From: Dicyema japonicum | Taxonomy: Eukaryota > Animalia > Dicyemida | Direction of reading: 5' to 3' | Length of the DNA stretch: 64,000 bases | Assembly: GCA_011109175.1 (NCBI GenBank) | Contig: RDEW01000013.1 | Span: 837,839 to 901,838 of the forward strand | In this document: piece after piece, positions 1 to 14,338 of the stretch | Layout of the letters: each line of letters opens with the position of its first letter | How positions within the stretch are numbered: the stretch's first letter is position 1 | The notes under the pieces: model-generated | Told to the model about the DNA's origin: nothing | Databases searched by the model: none | What the model saw: the letters and a program-made list of their open reading frames with translations, nothing else | Translations under genes and position numbers: made by a program

Positions 1-560
1 GTTGTCACAGGAATATCCATCTTTCCAACATTGAATTGACTTTTTTTCTTCCAAAAATGCAACCTCAATAATTCAATCGTTAGACATGGGTGTTATTAAA
101 TCCTTTAAGTCTAATTATCTTAACGCTTTAATGGATTTTACTCTTTCTTTTGGAAACGTTGAGCTACAAATGTTTAATTAAAAAAATAAATCTGTCATAA
201 TAATTGTTGGGAAAAAATCCTGAAACGAATTGTTGGGAAACAATTAATAACTGTCGGCAACTGATTCCTAATTCAAATTTTTAGTTAATAATGAAAAAGA
301 AAATTTTGACACCGTAATTGCAGGTGTAATTACTGAAAATAAAGAAGAAAATGATGATGAGTCAAAATATGATCAAACTGTATGCAACTGTTCACACTTG
401 GACACAATAACAGGAATGAATAACCTTGATGAGAATATTCACCGTTTGTTTCCCGGCGCGTTAAAAAACTATCACAATTTCATAAAAATATTGGGCATAC
501 ATATGAAGAAATCTGCAACAGGACACAAAATAACAGATTATTTTCGTGTAATTTTTTTTA
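1..560 (+). mobile_element. pogo/Tigger-type DDE transposase relic (C-terminal part)
   Basis: Broken frame reads FLPKNATSIIQSLDMGVIKSFKSNY, matching the LPxNxTSxxQPLDxGxIxxFK motif. Confidence 0.65.
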
Positions 561-979
561 AACAAAATAATTTTTTAACAATTAAACAAATGTCAGTTAC
601 GGAAGCCTGCTGCGTGGATTGCGAACGAATTCCCTCGTGTATGGCCAATCTTCTGTCTTAGCCATAACCCTTCTCGTTGATCCCTTTTCTTTCTGGCAAG
701 CAATCCTCTGAGTTCTCGCAAAAACTCAGCCGTGATTGGACCAACGGCTCCGATGATTCGGTCGCAATAGGAGTAAATCGGTAGCGATCTCCGAGGCAAA
801 AATATTTCTTGATTTTTATGTTCTCCGCAGTCGAAGCAGCTGCTACAGGTGTCTGAACCGATTTGAAAATATTCGTGCTTGAGAACGTGTCTACACAAGT
901 TGAGTCCCGGACCAAAGATCTTCCAGACGTGAAGGGGAAAAATGGTCATCCCGTCAGGTCTCTTTCCATCCTATTTTCC
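553..979 (-). mobile_element. CRE-like non-LTR retrotransposon 3' fragment (restriction-like endonuclease)
   Basis: RPDGMTIFP..DSTCVDTF..AAASTAENIKIKKY..E..G and QKIG..RGNSFAI across frames; flanked by ATTTTCGTGTAAT at 540-552 and 980-992. Confidence 0.75.
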
Positions 980-992
980 ATTTTCGTGTAAT

Positions 993-1130
993 AGAATAAA
1001 AATGTCAGTTAAGGAAGCCAGCTGCGTGGATTGCGAACGAATTCCCTCTGAGTATGGCCATTCTAATCTTTTGTCTTAGCCATAACCTTTCTCGTTGATC
1101 CCTTTTGTTTTCGGCAAGCATTCCTCCGAG
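993..1130 (-). mobile_element. Second CRE-like 3' end in tandem
   Basis: Near copy of about 588-720 (aaatgtcagtta.ggaagcc.gctgcgtggattgcgaacgaattccctc). Confidence 0.7.
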
Positions 1131-1264
1131 TTTTTCTGTTTAAAAAATACATTAGTTATCAATAAAATTAATGGAAAATATGCTAAAGTATTTATAAAAA
1201 TGAAGAAAATGTCGGACCGTTATTTTTATGGAAACCTCTGTTTTTGGAGCAATTTTTCAAAATG

Positions 1265-1489
1265 GATGCCCCTCTACGATGCTTTGACTTGACGATTGAC
1301 GCCGTCATCAGTCAACATTTCAGCGCGGAATCGGATCCTCTAAAAAGGAATCACACCCAACTAAAAAAAGAAGTGAAGATCATTTCTTGGTTCTCCCTGT
1401 ACGATTAGTTATGATAACTGTTCTTTACTTAAAATAAAGTGTGTGTCATGAGCTATAGGTAATATGGTTTTTGTAAAAGTGCAGTATTA
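1265..1489 (+). mobile_element. tRNA-derived SINE family copy (5'-truncated)
   Basis: Core tctacgatgc..tgacgccgtcatcagt..gcggaa.cggatc and 3' end aaagtgtgtgtc..gtgcagtatta shared with five other copies. Confidence 0.75.
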
Positions 1490-1793
1490 AAATATCAGCG
1501 TTTCTCGACGGGGTTCCTGGGGACCCCTATGGCTCCTCAATGCATGTGTCGCAATTCTGTAGTGGGAAACGATTCCTCAAACCTTCCAAATTGATGAGAT
1601 CAGACATTACAATCCCAGAACATGGTAAAACCAAACTAATTATTACGTCATCCCGATGTGTTCCATTAGAGACCTAATCTTGGCTTGGTGTTCTTCCCTC
1701 GTGTCCGCGCATGACCATATTTGGTGGCCAACTGAATTTAATTTTTAGTTACAAATTTAATATTTTCTTCTTCTCTCGGGGGAAATGTTTGAT

Positions 1794-1990
1794 TTAGGAT
1801 GGAACCCGTACCGACACCTTTTCACTGTCGAGACTTGCTGGTTCCACATTGAAAGCTGGAGAGGCTGCTCGGACATTCAATAATTTCAAGATAAAAAAAT
1901 ACGACAACCACAAGATTCCACGTACAGCCCATTGTTGTCGAGATGAGTGGAGTCTTTGGACCCAAGACGGTATCTTTTCTAAGATCGCTT
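1794..1990 (+). mobile_element. CRE-like RLE fragment
   Basis: DGTRTDTFS..LAGSTLKAGEAART..KIKKY resembles the other CRE ends in the window. Confidence 0.55.
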
Positions 1991-2858
1991 GGGTCAATGA
2001 TTTCGAAAGTTTAGTAATGAGCGCCGGGAAACCGAATGGTTGTTCCAAAGGATTACTGATGATTACCCTTGTAACTCCACCAAAATAATCCGTCATTTAT
2101 ACTATTTTTTTAATTACTGTAATTTAATTGTTAAAAAGAGAAGTCCGTTGTTGTTGCAAGATTAGTGAGGTCATTCATTTCCTATAACGAAAGTCTCTAC
2201 AACAAATTGAGGATGACGGAATCGTGCCCATAGAACAAAAATGCTGGAGTGAAGATCAGATTGGTGATGGTGACCAAGAGATTGCAGTTAGAGAGCTAAG
2301 GAATGGCTCAAAACGAAAGAGAATAAATTAATACAACCAATCAATTTTAAATAGTCTAATTCTGACTTTTGGCTTACCCAGCATAGGGAAATAATTTGGT
2401 AAATCTGCTTAAAGAAATCTGGAAACGGTAGTTTGACGCTTGTCGAGTAGCAACTACATGCGAACTATTTGGAAGTTGCTTGATAAATGGAATAAGTTGG
2501 TCTGTCCGCTGCAAATATAGGCAGTTTTATCCACGAGTAGGGGACCCACATGAATGCCTTAATATGTTAAATCTAGATGTACTAACTGCTCATCAAACAT
2601 GTTATTGAATTAACTTTCAAAGTAAACAATCTAAAGTATTACAGAACTTTCTAACTTATTAAGTCGATTGGGGACTTTTATTAGTAAAACTAATATTGAT
2701 TATAATCTTGCTGGTCCCACGATGGATCACCTACGTCAACTGTTTTTAAATAATTCGCTTTATGTTCTATGAATTTTCGACGTAAAATGAAATATGGTAG
2801 AAAATAATTATAATTTTATTTAATTTTATATTTTGATTTCTTAATTTAATAATAATAA

Positions 2859-3377
<519 letters not shown>

Positions 3378-3799
3378 TTTATTAATTATTGCTTTCTTAT
3401 ATTATTAATTCAGACTATTACATCCCTCATTTCTTATGCTCTTCTCCCTTGAAAGCCCCCTTCTCACGATTTGCAAGGAAATACACCGAATAACTCATCC
3501 CTCTTCCAAACAATCCAATACATTAGCCATTTTAGAAATTGTGAATTGAAGCTTCTGAATCATCATGAATATGTTAATGTGATAGGAGAAATAGGATTTA
3601 TTAAACTATTGAAATATAACAATAAATTTAAACACTTATGGACTGTTTGAGTGAGCACTTGTGAATTTGAATCAACAAGAAACTACTGATGTAGGAAAAA
3701 TCAATTTATAAATATAATCAGTAAGACATGTCTGTGAATATTATTCTCATGATGTTTTAGTAATTATCAATTTTCTAATTTAAGAAAAATTTAAATCAA

Positions 3800-4500
3800 T
3801 ATTAATAATTAATGGTTTATTCTCGGGGTTTATTTGTTTTCTGTCAATTCGTTTCCATTCGTCTTAAACAGTTTTGGAGGCAGTCTGAGTCAACAGAAGG
3901 GAGGGGGCTCTTCTCTATAATTGCTTTAAGCACATTCCACTTCCGGAGCCACAAGATTTCTTCATCGTGATGAGAGAAGGTTGAATATCGTTGTATTTAA
4001 TAGTTGTTTTAATTTTTCGAACAAAAAGGAGGTCAAAAACAAACCACCAAATTTCCCCTAACAATTACCATACAATACGTTCGCGGGAACAACGCTGCCC
4101 CAAGGATCCCCCAACCTGGACGAGATTGAATATGATTTAAATCAAGCATGTTAAACTCAGTTTTTCGTATATCTGAAATGTATTAGCAGTTCGACTTTGA
4201 TCAGGGATGACAGTCGTGTTCTCTAAGAAGATTTTGTTGACTTCATAAAGAAAGCAACTATTCGCACATAGGTGGAACCGAACATTGCCATAATCCTCGT
4301 TGAAAACTATCTGAAGTTTGTAATCCTTTCATGAAGGTATGGATAGAAGCCAGGTATCCCCACATCGAAGTATTTGCTCTTAGTCTTGAATCAGACTACA
4401 TTTCTATTATTCCATCTGCAAGTTTTCAGGTTTCCTTTTTTTCTTAGATGAAGATGGAATTCTAAATGGGGTCAGTTTTCCCAGTCCTTTAAAAAACAAT
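3800..4500 (-). mobile_element. Tc1/IS630-like transposase relic
   Basis: Degenerate C-terminal pattern (..CLKQL....DEWKRID) resembling the Tc1 W..LK...EW..I region. Confidence 0.35.
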
Positions 4501-4624
4501 GTAACAACGATTTCACAAGATAATTTATTGTTGTTTTCAAATTTGCTAAAATTACCCCCACTTTGAGAGGCCCGTTTGACAGATGATTTAAATTATTCGA
4601 ATTTTTTAAAGCACATCCGCGTTA

Positions 4625-4815
4625 CCAATAATCACTGTTTATGGTTTCGCTTGTACAGAACACACACTTTATTTTAAGCAAAGAAAAGTTAACATAGCTA
4701 ATCGATGAGGGGGAACCAAGAAATGCTCTTCACTTTGTTTTTTTTCTTGCGTGTATGTCCTTTATAGACGATCCGGTTCCGCAGTGAAGTGTTCACTGAT
4801 GACGGCGTCACTCGT
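4625..4815 (-). mobile_element. SINE family copy (truncated)
   Basis: gatccggttccgcagtg..cactgatgacggcgtcactcgt is the reverse complement of the SINE core. Confidence 0.75.
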
Positions 4816-5059
4816 TATTTAAATAGTTATTAATTAAATTAAAAAAACAAATTTTAAATGTATTAATTAATTTAATTTATTAAGCCAGAAATTTAAACTA
4901 TCATAGGTGTTCAGAGTGTGTTCTGACACATTTAGGATGAGGACGGGGTTCATGCACACAAATTTTCCGCCAGAAAATTACCTCAGTCATACTAACTATA
5001 GTTTCAAAGCTTCTCAGGAGGATTTCTTTGTAAGAAGACTACTTAAGTGGCCTCACTTT

Positions 5060-5720
5060 GATTACTTAAGTGGCCTCATTTGATCAAGTTCGTTGATGCA
5101 AGGTTTGTTTTCCGAGGAACGCCATTCTCGATGCTGAAATCGTACTCGCCTTGGCGACCATGACCGCTGATGGTCCCAAACCATAACTTCAGATTTGCGT
5201 TTAAGTTCTACGAATAAATTTTGTGTGATCTTTAATCCTTCTGGGTGTCGATTGAGCATACAATAGACTCATCCTCTCCGGGACTGTTGTCTAGGCCATC
5301 TGTCATGAATTCCTTTAATGTATTTAGGTGAGAGACAGTCAACCCCCCTCTTTGAAGCCATGCTGAGATCTTGCGTCTGAGGTAAGGGAGCTTTGTAGGA
5401 GCTGGGTCCTTCTTTAGTTTCCCAGGTTTCAGGATTGGATGAAAACTAGATTTTTTCCATATAGCGGGGATTGATTTGAAATTGATCGAATGGTTGAAGA
5501 TGCTTGTTAGTGCAGAAACAGCAACAGTGCCCAATTTTTTACAGGATCGCTGGGATCTCGTTTGGTCCACAAGAATGTGTGTTTTTTAACGAAAATCTCC
5601 GATGCTACATCTCTCGGCAGAAAATACAATGATGGATGCCCCCTTTTCGGTTTCAATTTAATGTGTTATGGAATGTCGACTCTTGTAGAGTTTGTGACTT
5701 ATTCTCACAAAATTTGTTTA
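5060..5720 (-). mobile_element. LINE reverse transcriptase relic
   Basis: IFNHSINFKSIPAIWKKSSFHPILKPGK..DP (RT N-terminal motif). Confidence 0.6.
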
Positions 5721-6039
5721 GCCATCTTGTAAGCAAATAAAGATTTATTATTTTTTAATTACAAAAAATTTGATTTCCCACATACATAAACACTTCAGAC
5801 TCTTCAAACGTGATATTATTTGAGAGGGATCCTATACCTCTCTTAAAAAAGTGATATAGACCATATTCCGGAAATAATAAAAAACAAAATTGTTTTAGTG
5901 ACCAAGGGTAAAACCAAACTAACTAATGCCTTGATTCTGACACGTTCCAGAAGAACTTTGAGCCAAGAGCTGTGATTCAGAGTACTTGTCCGGGAGTTCA
6001 ATGAAATTGAAGCATTTTTTTGAATAATATGCCTCTTTT

Positions 6040-6170
6040 AAAAATAATTCCATGTACCGCTGATGACGCTGCTTCAATGGTTGGTAAATATAAAGGATTT
6101 ACCAAAATCTCGCGTACCATCTATTTTCACCATTCACTGTGTCATTCACCGACAACATTTACCAGGGTTT
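6040..6170 (+). mobile_element. hAT transposase fragment
   Basis: DDAASMVGKYKGF and IHCVIHRQHL (TDGAxxMxG and HCxxH motifs). Confidence 0.55.
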
Positions 6171-6239
6171 TCCGAAAAAACAATGCCAAAAAATAATCGA
6201 ATACAAAAAACTTTTAAGAATTTACTAAATCAATATTTT

Positions 6240-7240
6240 CAATATCATCAATAATTATTTTCATTTCATCGAAAAATATCTTCAAATTCATTTTTTAATT
6301 CAACATATTGCCCTTTCCAGATTTTTATGCTAAAACTGACTGAACCTTCGAATGCAAAAATTAAGAGGAACTTCTGGAGTTGTTTTCGCAGGTATAAACA
6401 CTACTTCAGTATTCATTTTTTAGTTCGTTAATTATGGATTCCTTTTTATGACTTCCAAAAGTATTCATATATAATAAAAACTTTTTATTCGAAAAAATTC
6501 ATCTTTTCGAAAAACAATGGTTTACCCAGTATTTCATTAGAAATTCGTTCATAGAACCTTCGTAGTTAGTGAATAGACAAAACCTCCTTCAGACCCAACA
6601 GCACTAATATTTTTTGGAATTTTACATTTAGGAACTTTTTGGGACCTTTCAAAAATAATAAGACTCTGAACAATTTTTCCTGCTGCAGATATGCAGAATA
6701 CCACACTGAATCAGGTTTTTTTCGTGTCCTGTTCCACATGCTTCAACATTTTCTACCGATAAAAGAAATTGTTGACGATCCAAGTTTCTGGTCCATAGTC
6801 TTCAGTTGCTATCTTTGATGCGAGCAAATAATCAGCAATTCCTTTTTTTCTTCGATTGGCCTATTATCTTGTTGGCCTTCATGTGTTATTCGTATACTTG
6901 TCAGGTGATGTCTTTTACAGAAGTTGAAAATCCAAATATCAGAATATTTAAACTAGCAAAGCTTAAATCTCCTTTCAATGAGCATACGATTTCTCTTAAA
7001 CGCCAGCTCACAATTGTTTGTGGATGTCTTTCAGATCTAAAAACGCTTTTCTCCCAAAAGTTCCCAATTTAGGTGAAATGGCTTGTTTTGATGAATTTGA
7101 CAGATTTGCATTATTTTTGTGCCAGCTTCGTAGACACTTCTATACCTAGTTGTCTAGATGCTTCTGCAATGTTTCCATTGTACTCTGACAATTTTTTTAA
7201 TGCAGAAAGTTTTTCTTTGACTGTATTCTTCTTTGCCAAG
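6240..7240 (-). mobile_element. pogo/Tigger-like transposase relic
   Basis: N-terminal HTH-like TVKEKLSALKKLSEYNGNIAEASRQLGI and downstream VVFIPAKTTP. Confidence 0.5.
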
Positions 7241-8599
7241 TTTGTAAGTTAAAGGTTTGTTTACTTGATATGCTCATGTCAAAGATAATGTGCGTATTTG
7301 AAATAAATAAATTAAATAACTTAATTAAATTAATTAATAAAATTTAATTCAAAAAATCCGGTAATTGTTAAAAATTATGTGAGGTCGCTTTCCGTGGTTA
7401 TAACACTAAAATCTATCAAAACTGATCCCCGCCTACATAATCGACGTTGAGTTGCCTCTCGCGATAGCTAAGAGATCAATTGGAGAAGGCACCGAGTCTC
7501 ACGTACGTCGTGGCTTTTTAGTGAAGCTAGGCGTCCAAGTTTCTTTAGGAAACGAAGCGATTTCCCGCTTATTCCTCCTGTTGTCTAAACAACAATAGGA
7601 TAAAATGTAAATCGATCGTGTACGCTTCGTACTTTTTTTCCTTTGCCTTCATTTTTTTTCGGCGGCATACAATGTGTCTACCGTGCTCTCGACAACGTTG
7701 GATGGGCAAAGGGGGTCGACGCAAGTAGCATCATACACCAAAAATTTCCCCTCCTCGAATGGAAAATTTTGATTCCATCTCCTCTGTTCAAGCCAACAGG
7801 TTCGAGTATGGAGAGGTATCTAGAAGACTCCAGGGCTCGCTTAGCAATATAAATAAAAAATACATAATAAAAAAATATTAATAAAATACATTACAAACTA
7901 ATCGTTAGCATTTTAGATAATTTTGTAGAAGGACTTGAAACCTCATAAATTATCTGAATTGGTCGCGAACAGACTGTTCCCATACTATTTGAGAGTCAAT
8001 GATTGTTCCATCACTGAAATTGATATTATCGGATGTTGTGAGTCTTATCTGAAATCATAAAAATTCCACTCAGAAATGATTCATCCGTCGAAGAATAGCC
8101 CAATAGGAATAAATTTTGAGTTGGGGTTTTCAAAACTTAATTAGGTCAGTAGAAATTTAATGTTACAAGGAGATCATGTAACAATAATAGATGCTAAAAA
8201 TAACAAAATCTTTTATGGATAAAATCACCCTATTTTATTATTTCCAAGAAAATGAAATTTGCCACTTTTTTGAATTTAAAAAGTTGCAGAGTATGAATTC
8301 ACACTTATCATCACTCCAACTGAACTTCTTTTCGTTTTCAGGAATAATTTTAATTTTCCTCAGTGGATGAATGATCCATTCAATCTTCAAAAATAATTCA
8401 TCTTATGAAATTAACTTTCAGAATTCCTCAATTTCTCAATTTTGGCAGAATTTCAAGATTAAAAAGCAGTTTCCAAATTTTTTAATTCGATCTCTCATCA
8501 TCTTGTACTTACATTTCATATCTTGTCGAGAGAAGATTCAATAATCTTAATTATTAATTGAGAACTGAAGGAAATAAATTGAAAGTTCTTGAGGTGATA

Positions 8600-9830
8600 T
8601 TTGACTTTAGTTTTGACAGCAAGTTTCAAACTGAAAGACAACAAGAGTCTCGACCCAGATGGCTTAAATGGTGAATTTTCTTAACCAACACATTGCGGAA
8701 GATACTAGTCAATATTACGCTTCAAAGAATGGAGGGACGCCTAGACTCGTAACTGTCAGCTTATCAAAGTGGCTTCCGCAAAGGGAGATCAACGTCAGAT
8801 GCTATATGGAGCTTCAAATGGAGGAGTGCGATTGTTCAAAAATTTAAAATAACGACAACCATTCTGGGGATTGATATGTCAAAGGCCTTTGATTCCGTCA
8901 ACAGGAACAAGCTGCTGCAAATTCTAGAGCACTTCTTGGAGGCTCAACGATTAGGATGGTCAGGACACACCTGACGGACACAAGTTTGATTGTTAGGACT
9001 GGGAAAGCTTTATCGAGGACATTTGAAACGACAATTGGAACCCCTCAAGGAGATCTCTATCCCCGATTTTGTTTATTTATCTGGAGGCAGCTCTACGAGA
9101 CTTGAAGCCTCATATCGGAGATAATAGCAGCGTGAGGTGGACTTTATTTCGAATAACAAAGAAGAGTTAATTGCACTTTTGGAGAAAAATACCTGATAAA
9201 ATAGCTGAATGGTCATTAAAAGTAAACAAAAACAAAACCGAAATCACGGAGCTAAAAAGAACTGAGTAAAGAACCGAGTAGCACTGGTGTAGATAAAAAA
9301 ACTAAAGTCCCTTCTCGGTAACACCGAAGATTTAACACGAAGGAAGACACTAACTAATGTCGCTTTCATCAAAATGAAGAAGACCTGGCTTCTGCACAAA
9401 GGGCTTGACCCTAAACCTCGAATGAGACTATACAATGCCCTAGTGAGGCCAATCCTATTATATAATGCCGGTACATGGGGAAGTACATGGCAGGAACTCG
9501 AAAAGTTGAATTCTTTCAAAGAAATCATCTCCGACCAGTCCTTTCTTCCCGAAGCTTTTTCAAAATGCCGTCCGAAATCTTATACAAGAGAACAGGAACT
9601 GAGCCAATATCATGTGATATTATTGATTCAAGATGAAGTCTGTTTGGACACATACTCCTCCACGATATGGGAACCCCTTCCAACATAGCATTGGAGGAGT
9701 ATTTTGTCTTAGAAGGTCCCGTTTCCGCGGCCAGTCGAGGACAACACTGCCGGTAATCCTAGATGAAGATCTCAGGAGGATTGGAAAGTGCCTTATAGAT
9801 GGGGATGAACTAGATATGCTACAGAAAAGA
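8600..9830 (+). mobile_element. RTE-like LINE relic
   Basis: LGIDMSKAFDSVNRNKLLQIL, TTIGTPQGD, RLYNALVRPILLYNAGTWG. Confidence 0.8.
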
Positions 9831-10974
9831 TGGGAGATGTTAATTAGATTGTTAACTTTCGTGTTGCACATGCTTTGTCATGATCTTGGCATTGCGCACG
9901 TGCCTGTAATAATTTGACTTTATTCGGGTCAAATCAAGCTTGATATTTAAATTTTGTTTAAAAGTCATCACTGCTGATGACTCATCAGTTCCAAAGACCA
10001 CATTAGTATTGATTATTGCATTTTTAAATAAAACTTCGTTAGAGAGATAAATACATAAAACAAGAAAAGTTAAATTTACTCATGGGGGTGGATATTTTTG
10101 GATGGGCGGCGGGGAAAAAGTTGAGAACCACTGTTTAGAACAACCTCAAATCGATTATTCGATAAAACATTGATTATTTATGCAGTTGGATGATTCTCGG
10201 ACTTATCTAGTCACAAAAAGGATTTGTTCCAAAATCTTTTTTTAACTCTGTTTAATACGAATTACGTGAATCTTCAGTTGGTTCTGGAGCCGAACAATTC
10301 ATAGAATCTTTTATTTGTTCCGATGGCGTTTGAAAAGTAAGGTTTGTCTGCGAAGCTGGAATTCTTGAGTCTTTTAGGGAATCGGATTTTTGCACGGTCC
10401 TCGTGAGCGCTGCTAGTTTTTTGAGCGAATCTGCTCGCCATCCTTTACTAATTTAATGTGAATTGGTTTTTATTCAGTGAATTACATCTCTCTTTCGGTG
10501 TGGTACCCCTACATGAGTAGAATCCTCCTGTGGTACCCAATATGGGTAGAAAATTTTTTCTGACCTTTAAAAGCCAACTTGGACTCGAAGATCAGTGTCT
10601 ACTAACAGTACTCTGATCATCCTAGGGGACTCCCCATCCAGTATTGTTTCGAGTGTCTTATTTTTCCCTGTTTACTGTGTCAAATGGCCTTGAGAGGTAG
10701 ATTCCGAAATTATATTTCTTTTTTTGTGTCATACCGAATCTTAATCGATGGTCCATACAATGTCTGAAGAGGATCGATTGTTCCTGAATCTTTTTGATTA
10801 GCAGATAAGTATTCTTCGATCATCGAACTTCTTTTAAGCACAAAATTTGAGAAAATCTAAATTTGTTGATGCAATTTTTGAAAAAGAAAAACAGGAAAGG
10901 AAACATCACTGAAATTTTATTACGGCATCAATTTTTGGAAAGCTTCGTTTGTTAACAAAAATTATCAAAAATGT

Positions 10975-11450
10975 GTAGTGCATCCTCAAGGCTGTGGGAT
11001 GTCCAGCCCAATTGGAACCATTGGGCTTAGAGAGAGGCGACAGGGAAAGGCCGGATGGAATGACGTTATTCCCATGCTCCCACGGAAAATCACTTGTCTG
11101 GAACGCAACGTGTGTGGACACGTTTTTAGGAGCCAGATTCCTGAGGGCGACGCACTCTCCCGGAGACGCAACCGACCAGGCGGAGGTCAAGAAGATCCAT
11201 AAGTACGAATCCCTCGGAGACCATTACCATTTTACTCCCCTATTGCTGTGGAGACAACTGGAGCTGTAAGCGCGAAGACGGACGCTTTTCTCCACAACAT
11301 TGGAAACAAACTCGCCTCAAAAAGGTGCGAGCCACGGGAGGGACTCTGGTTGAGGCAGAGGCTCGAAATGGCGATTATCAAAGGTAACGCCTTCGCCACT
11401 CTGTCGTCCAAATTATTTTCTAAATTTATTTGTTTGAGAAAAAAAGTTTA
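10975..11450 (+). mobile_element. CRE-like RLE 3' fragment
   Basis: LEPLGLERGDRERPDGMTLFP..GKSLVWNATCVDT..KIHKY..ETTGA..QRLEMAIIKGNA. Confidence 0.85.
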
Positions 11451-11749
11451 GTCAGTTTGCCAAACGAGATTAATAGAAAGCAGCGAATCTCGCTCGGCAT
11501 CCTAAGAAAGCAATTATAAGAAAAAGTTCCACGTGTCTTGTTGTGGTGCTTTAAAAATAACAAGATGTGGCAAACCTTAAAGAAGAGATTTGAAATAATG
11601 CAACAAAAAATCTAATTCACAGTTTATTGTGAAGTTTCCATATCTCTTGTGTCGGATGACTAAAAAAATTATTGACGTTATAAAAACAGGTATTTTCAAT
11701 TCTACCAAAAAAATACGACATGCTCAGTTCTGAACAAGTGCCCTTGGAC

Positions 11750-13330
11750 CATCAGAAAGTACTTAAATTGATTTCTAACTTGTTATCCAGACTCTTGATC
11801 AAGATCCCCAAAGCTGCTTGTATTTCTGTCGCAGGCTGCCTATACGAGTGCATTCACAAGGCAGTCTTTTACGATTATTTTGTTTCCCTCCATGCATATT
11901 CCATTGGAGGGGAAAGAAAAGAAATCACTCGCATCCATAGTGAAACAAAATATCCACATATTTTCCTCAGGAAGCTTATCGATTGACTCCAAAAAACACA
12001 CAAATCCCAAAAAAGCAAACATCGATTTTCTCTGGGACTCAACAATTAAGAAGTGCAAAACACCGCAAGCTTTCTAAATACGGAATTCGTGATGCCGTGA
12101 GGATTCCTGCAGATTAAATCGTATACTTGAGCCATCCTTGGTCTTACACAATACTCGTTGAGCGATACCCTAGTCTCCAAACGAGCAAAGGATACTCCCA
12201 TGCCTGGACAAATATCTAATCCACTTGTTTCAGAAGAGGTCATAAAAGACGGAATTCTCTATTTCGTCTCAAGCATCAGTGGATGACTTGATAGTCTCCA
12301 CCCATAGTATCTAAAAGACCTCATTTCTTAGAACATGAGTAGCACTGGCGTCCAGCTTGTTCGGGTACCACAAAACTAGTCAACACTGAATCAATTCGCC
12401 ACATCATGTTCTCTGCAAAGCTACTCCCATTCAATTAAAGGGAAGGGGGAATAGGCCCTATTATTGTGGGTTTGTTTTCCGTCGGTTAGCGTCAAAACTA
12501 GAATGCAAAACAATCCTTCCCACTGACGTCAAACAGTTGGAACCAGCCCAAGTAGGGGGCCGGTATTCCTTGCATCATGAAAACATTTACAAAAAACATG
12601 AATATTCCCCATGTGATCCTCAAAATTGATATTAAAAATGCCTTCAAACCATAGTCCGTGATGCAATTTTGGAAGATTACTTTGCCCCTCAGTATACAAC
12701 TATGTACGTAGATCCTATGGAACACTGTTAAGCCAACACTTAACTTTCTCATCCTCTGGAGTTCAAAAATTAAATCTACTGGGTCAAGCTCTTTTCAGTA
12801 CCGGAATAGTCGACGTCATAAGATAATGTTCTTCACTTTTGAAAGTGTATACATTGATAATTTCACTATGGGCAGCCAACCAAAGTATTGTCTGAGACAT
12901 ATAAAGTCATCAATTTATGATTTTGCAGCCTGATTTGAATTCGATCCTTTCAGTATTAAAAGAGATCATTATGAAGGCCACAGACACCCAGAACATCAAT
13001 TAGAAATACTTGGATGTCCTTTTAAAGGGTGGAATCAGTAACACAGCTCAAAACAATCTACTACCGTTCGCTTCGGCGGTGTAGGAATCTACAATGATTC
13101 TTCTCCCAACAGAATCATCAGAGATGGAACATCTGGAGGCAGATAGATTTTTACAAAATAAATATGAGAGGCTACGGAAGCAACCAAACCAACACCAAAA
13201 CTCCTGTCTGGCAACTGAAAGATGTGAGGGGAGTGACGCTTGGATCAATGTTCTCTTTATCAAAAGCGTTGAAGGCGATACAATCCACATCGGTATCTCC
13301 ATCAGACTTGGACCGTGGTTTCCCAGGGTC
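11750..13330 (+). mobile_element. CRE-like retrotransposon relic (N-terminal region plus RT)
   Basis: LIKIPKAACISVA and VILKIDIKNAF; heavily frameshifted. Confidence 0.55.
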
Positions 13331-14338
13331 ACAAGCGCCGATTGGTACTGTGACGAAGAAGCGCAGGAAGATTCCTGGACAGAGGAAACGGAAAACGAAC
13401 GGACTTAAAATCTTTCCGTTCGAGTAGAGCAAGCAATTTGTAAAGGCAGTGAGTCCCTTTGTCCTATCAACATCCTTTGGAGTACGGTAGACGCACTACG
13501 TTATAAGGGGAAGAAATACGAAAAGCTTCTAGACCGGTTCACTTTTCGAGCTGTTGTAAGACAACTGAAGGAAATGAGAGAAATCGCTTCATTTTCTCAA
13601 TAAACTAGAACGTCTGGCTAAATCCAAAAGTCATCAGTTAGTTGGCGAGTTAAGTTACCCAGACATAACTAACGTACGAGACCACTGGGTATTCAGTAGG
13701 AAGAACATAAGCCGCTCGCTTTTATGTATTAACTTTGGTGTGGTAGGCCGACAGCGTACAAGTTCAAGACATTCAAACAGGTGATTTACTGTCAGCTTGG
13801 AGAGGTAGCAAAGGAATAGAGGATATCTTCCGTATCATCCAGTGTACTTACGTAGACCTCTCTCAAATCCCCCAAATGTTCTCCTCATCTCATTTTTCTC
13901 GCCGTACTTGAGATCATAATCTACTATCATAGGAGTGTGACTCGTGGGTGTTTACAGAAACGTGATCCATCCTCAACAAAGTAATCCTTCTTCGCTAGAT
14001 TAGCTGGGGTATCCATTTCCAATCTCAACATGTCTGAAGAGCCTCCATCTCAAATCAGTGATCTCGAGACCCAGTGGAGCAAACATTATATAAAGGACTT
14101 TTGCCTATTTTCTTGGCTAATTCAGTCCGAGAACCACATGAAGATCAAAAATCATGATTTAAGTGAGACTCAGTGTAATACATCTGTCATACTCAATTTT
14201 AAACGAGTTAAAATACACAATTTGGTTTTGTTCAAAAAATATTATTAAATAATTTATATTTCATTAAATAAACTTAATATTAGTCGGTTAGCCAACTAAA
14301 AAGAAATAATATAAATTTTTTTGAAAAGAGCGGGAAAA

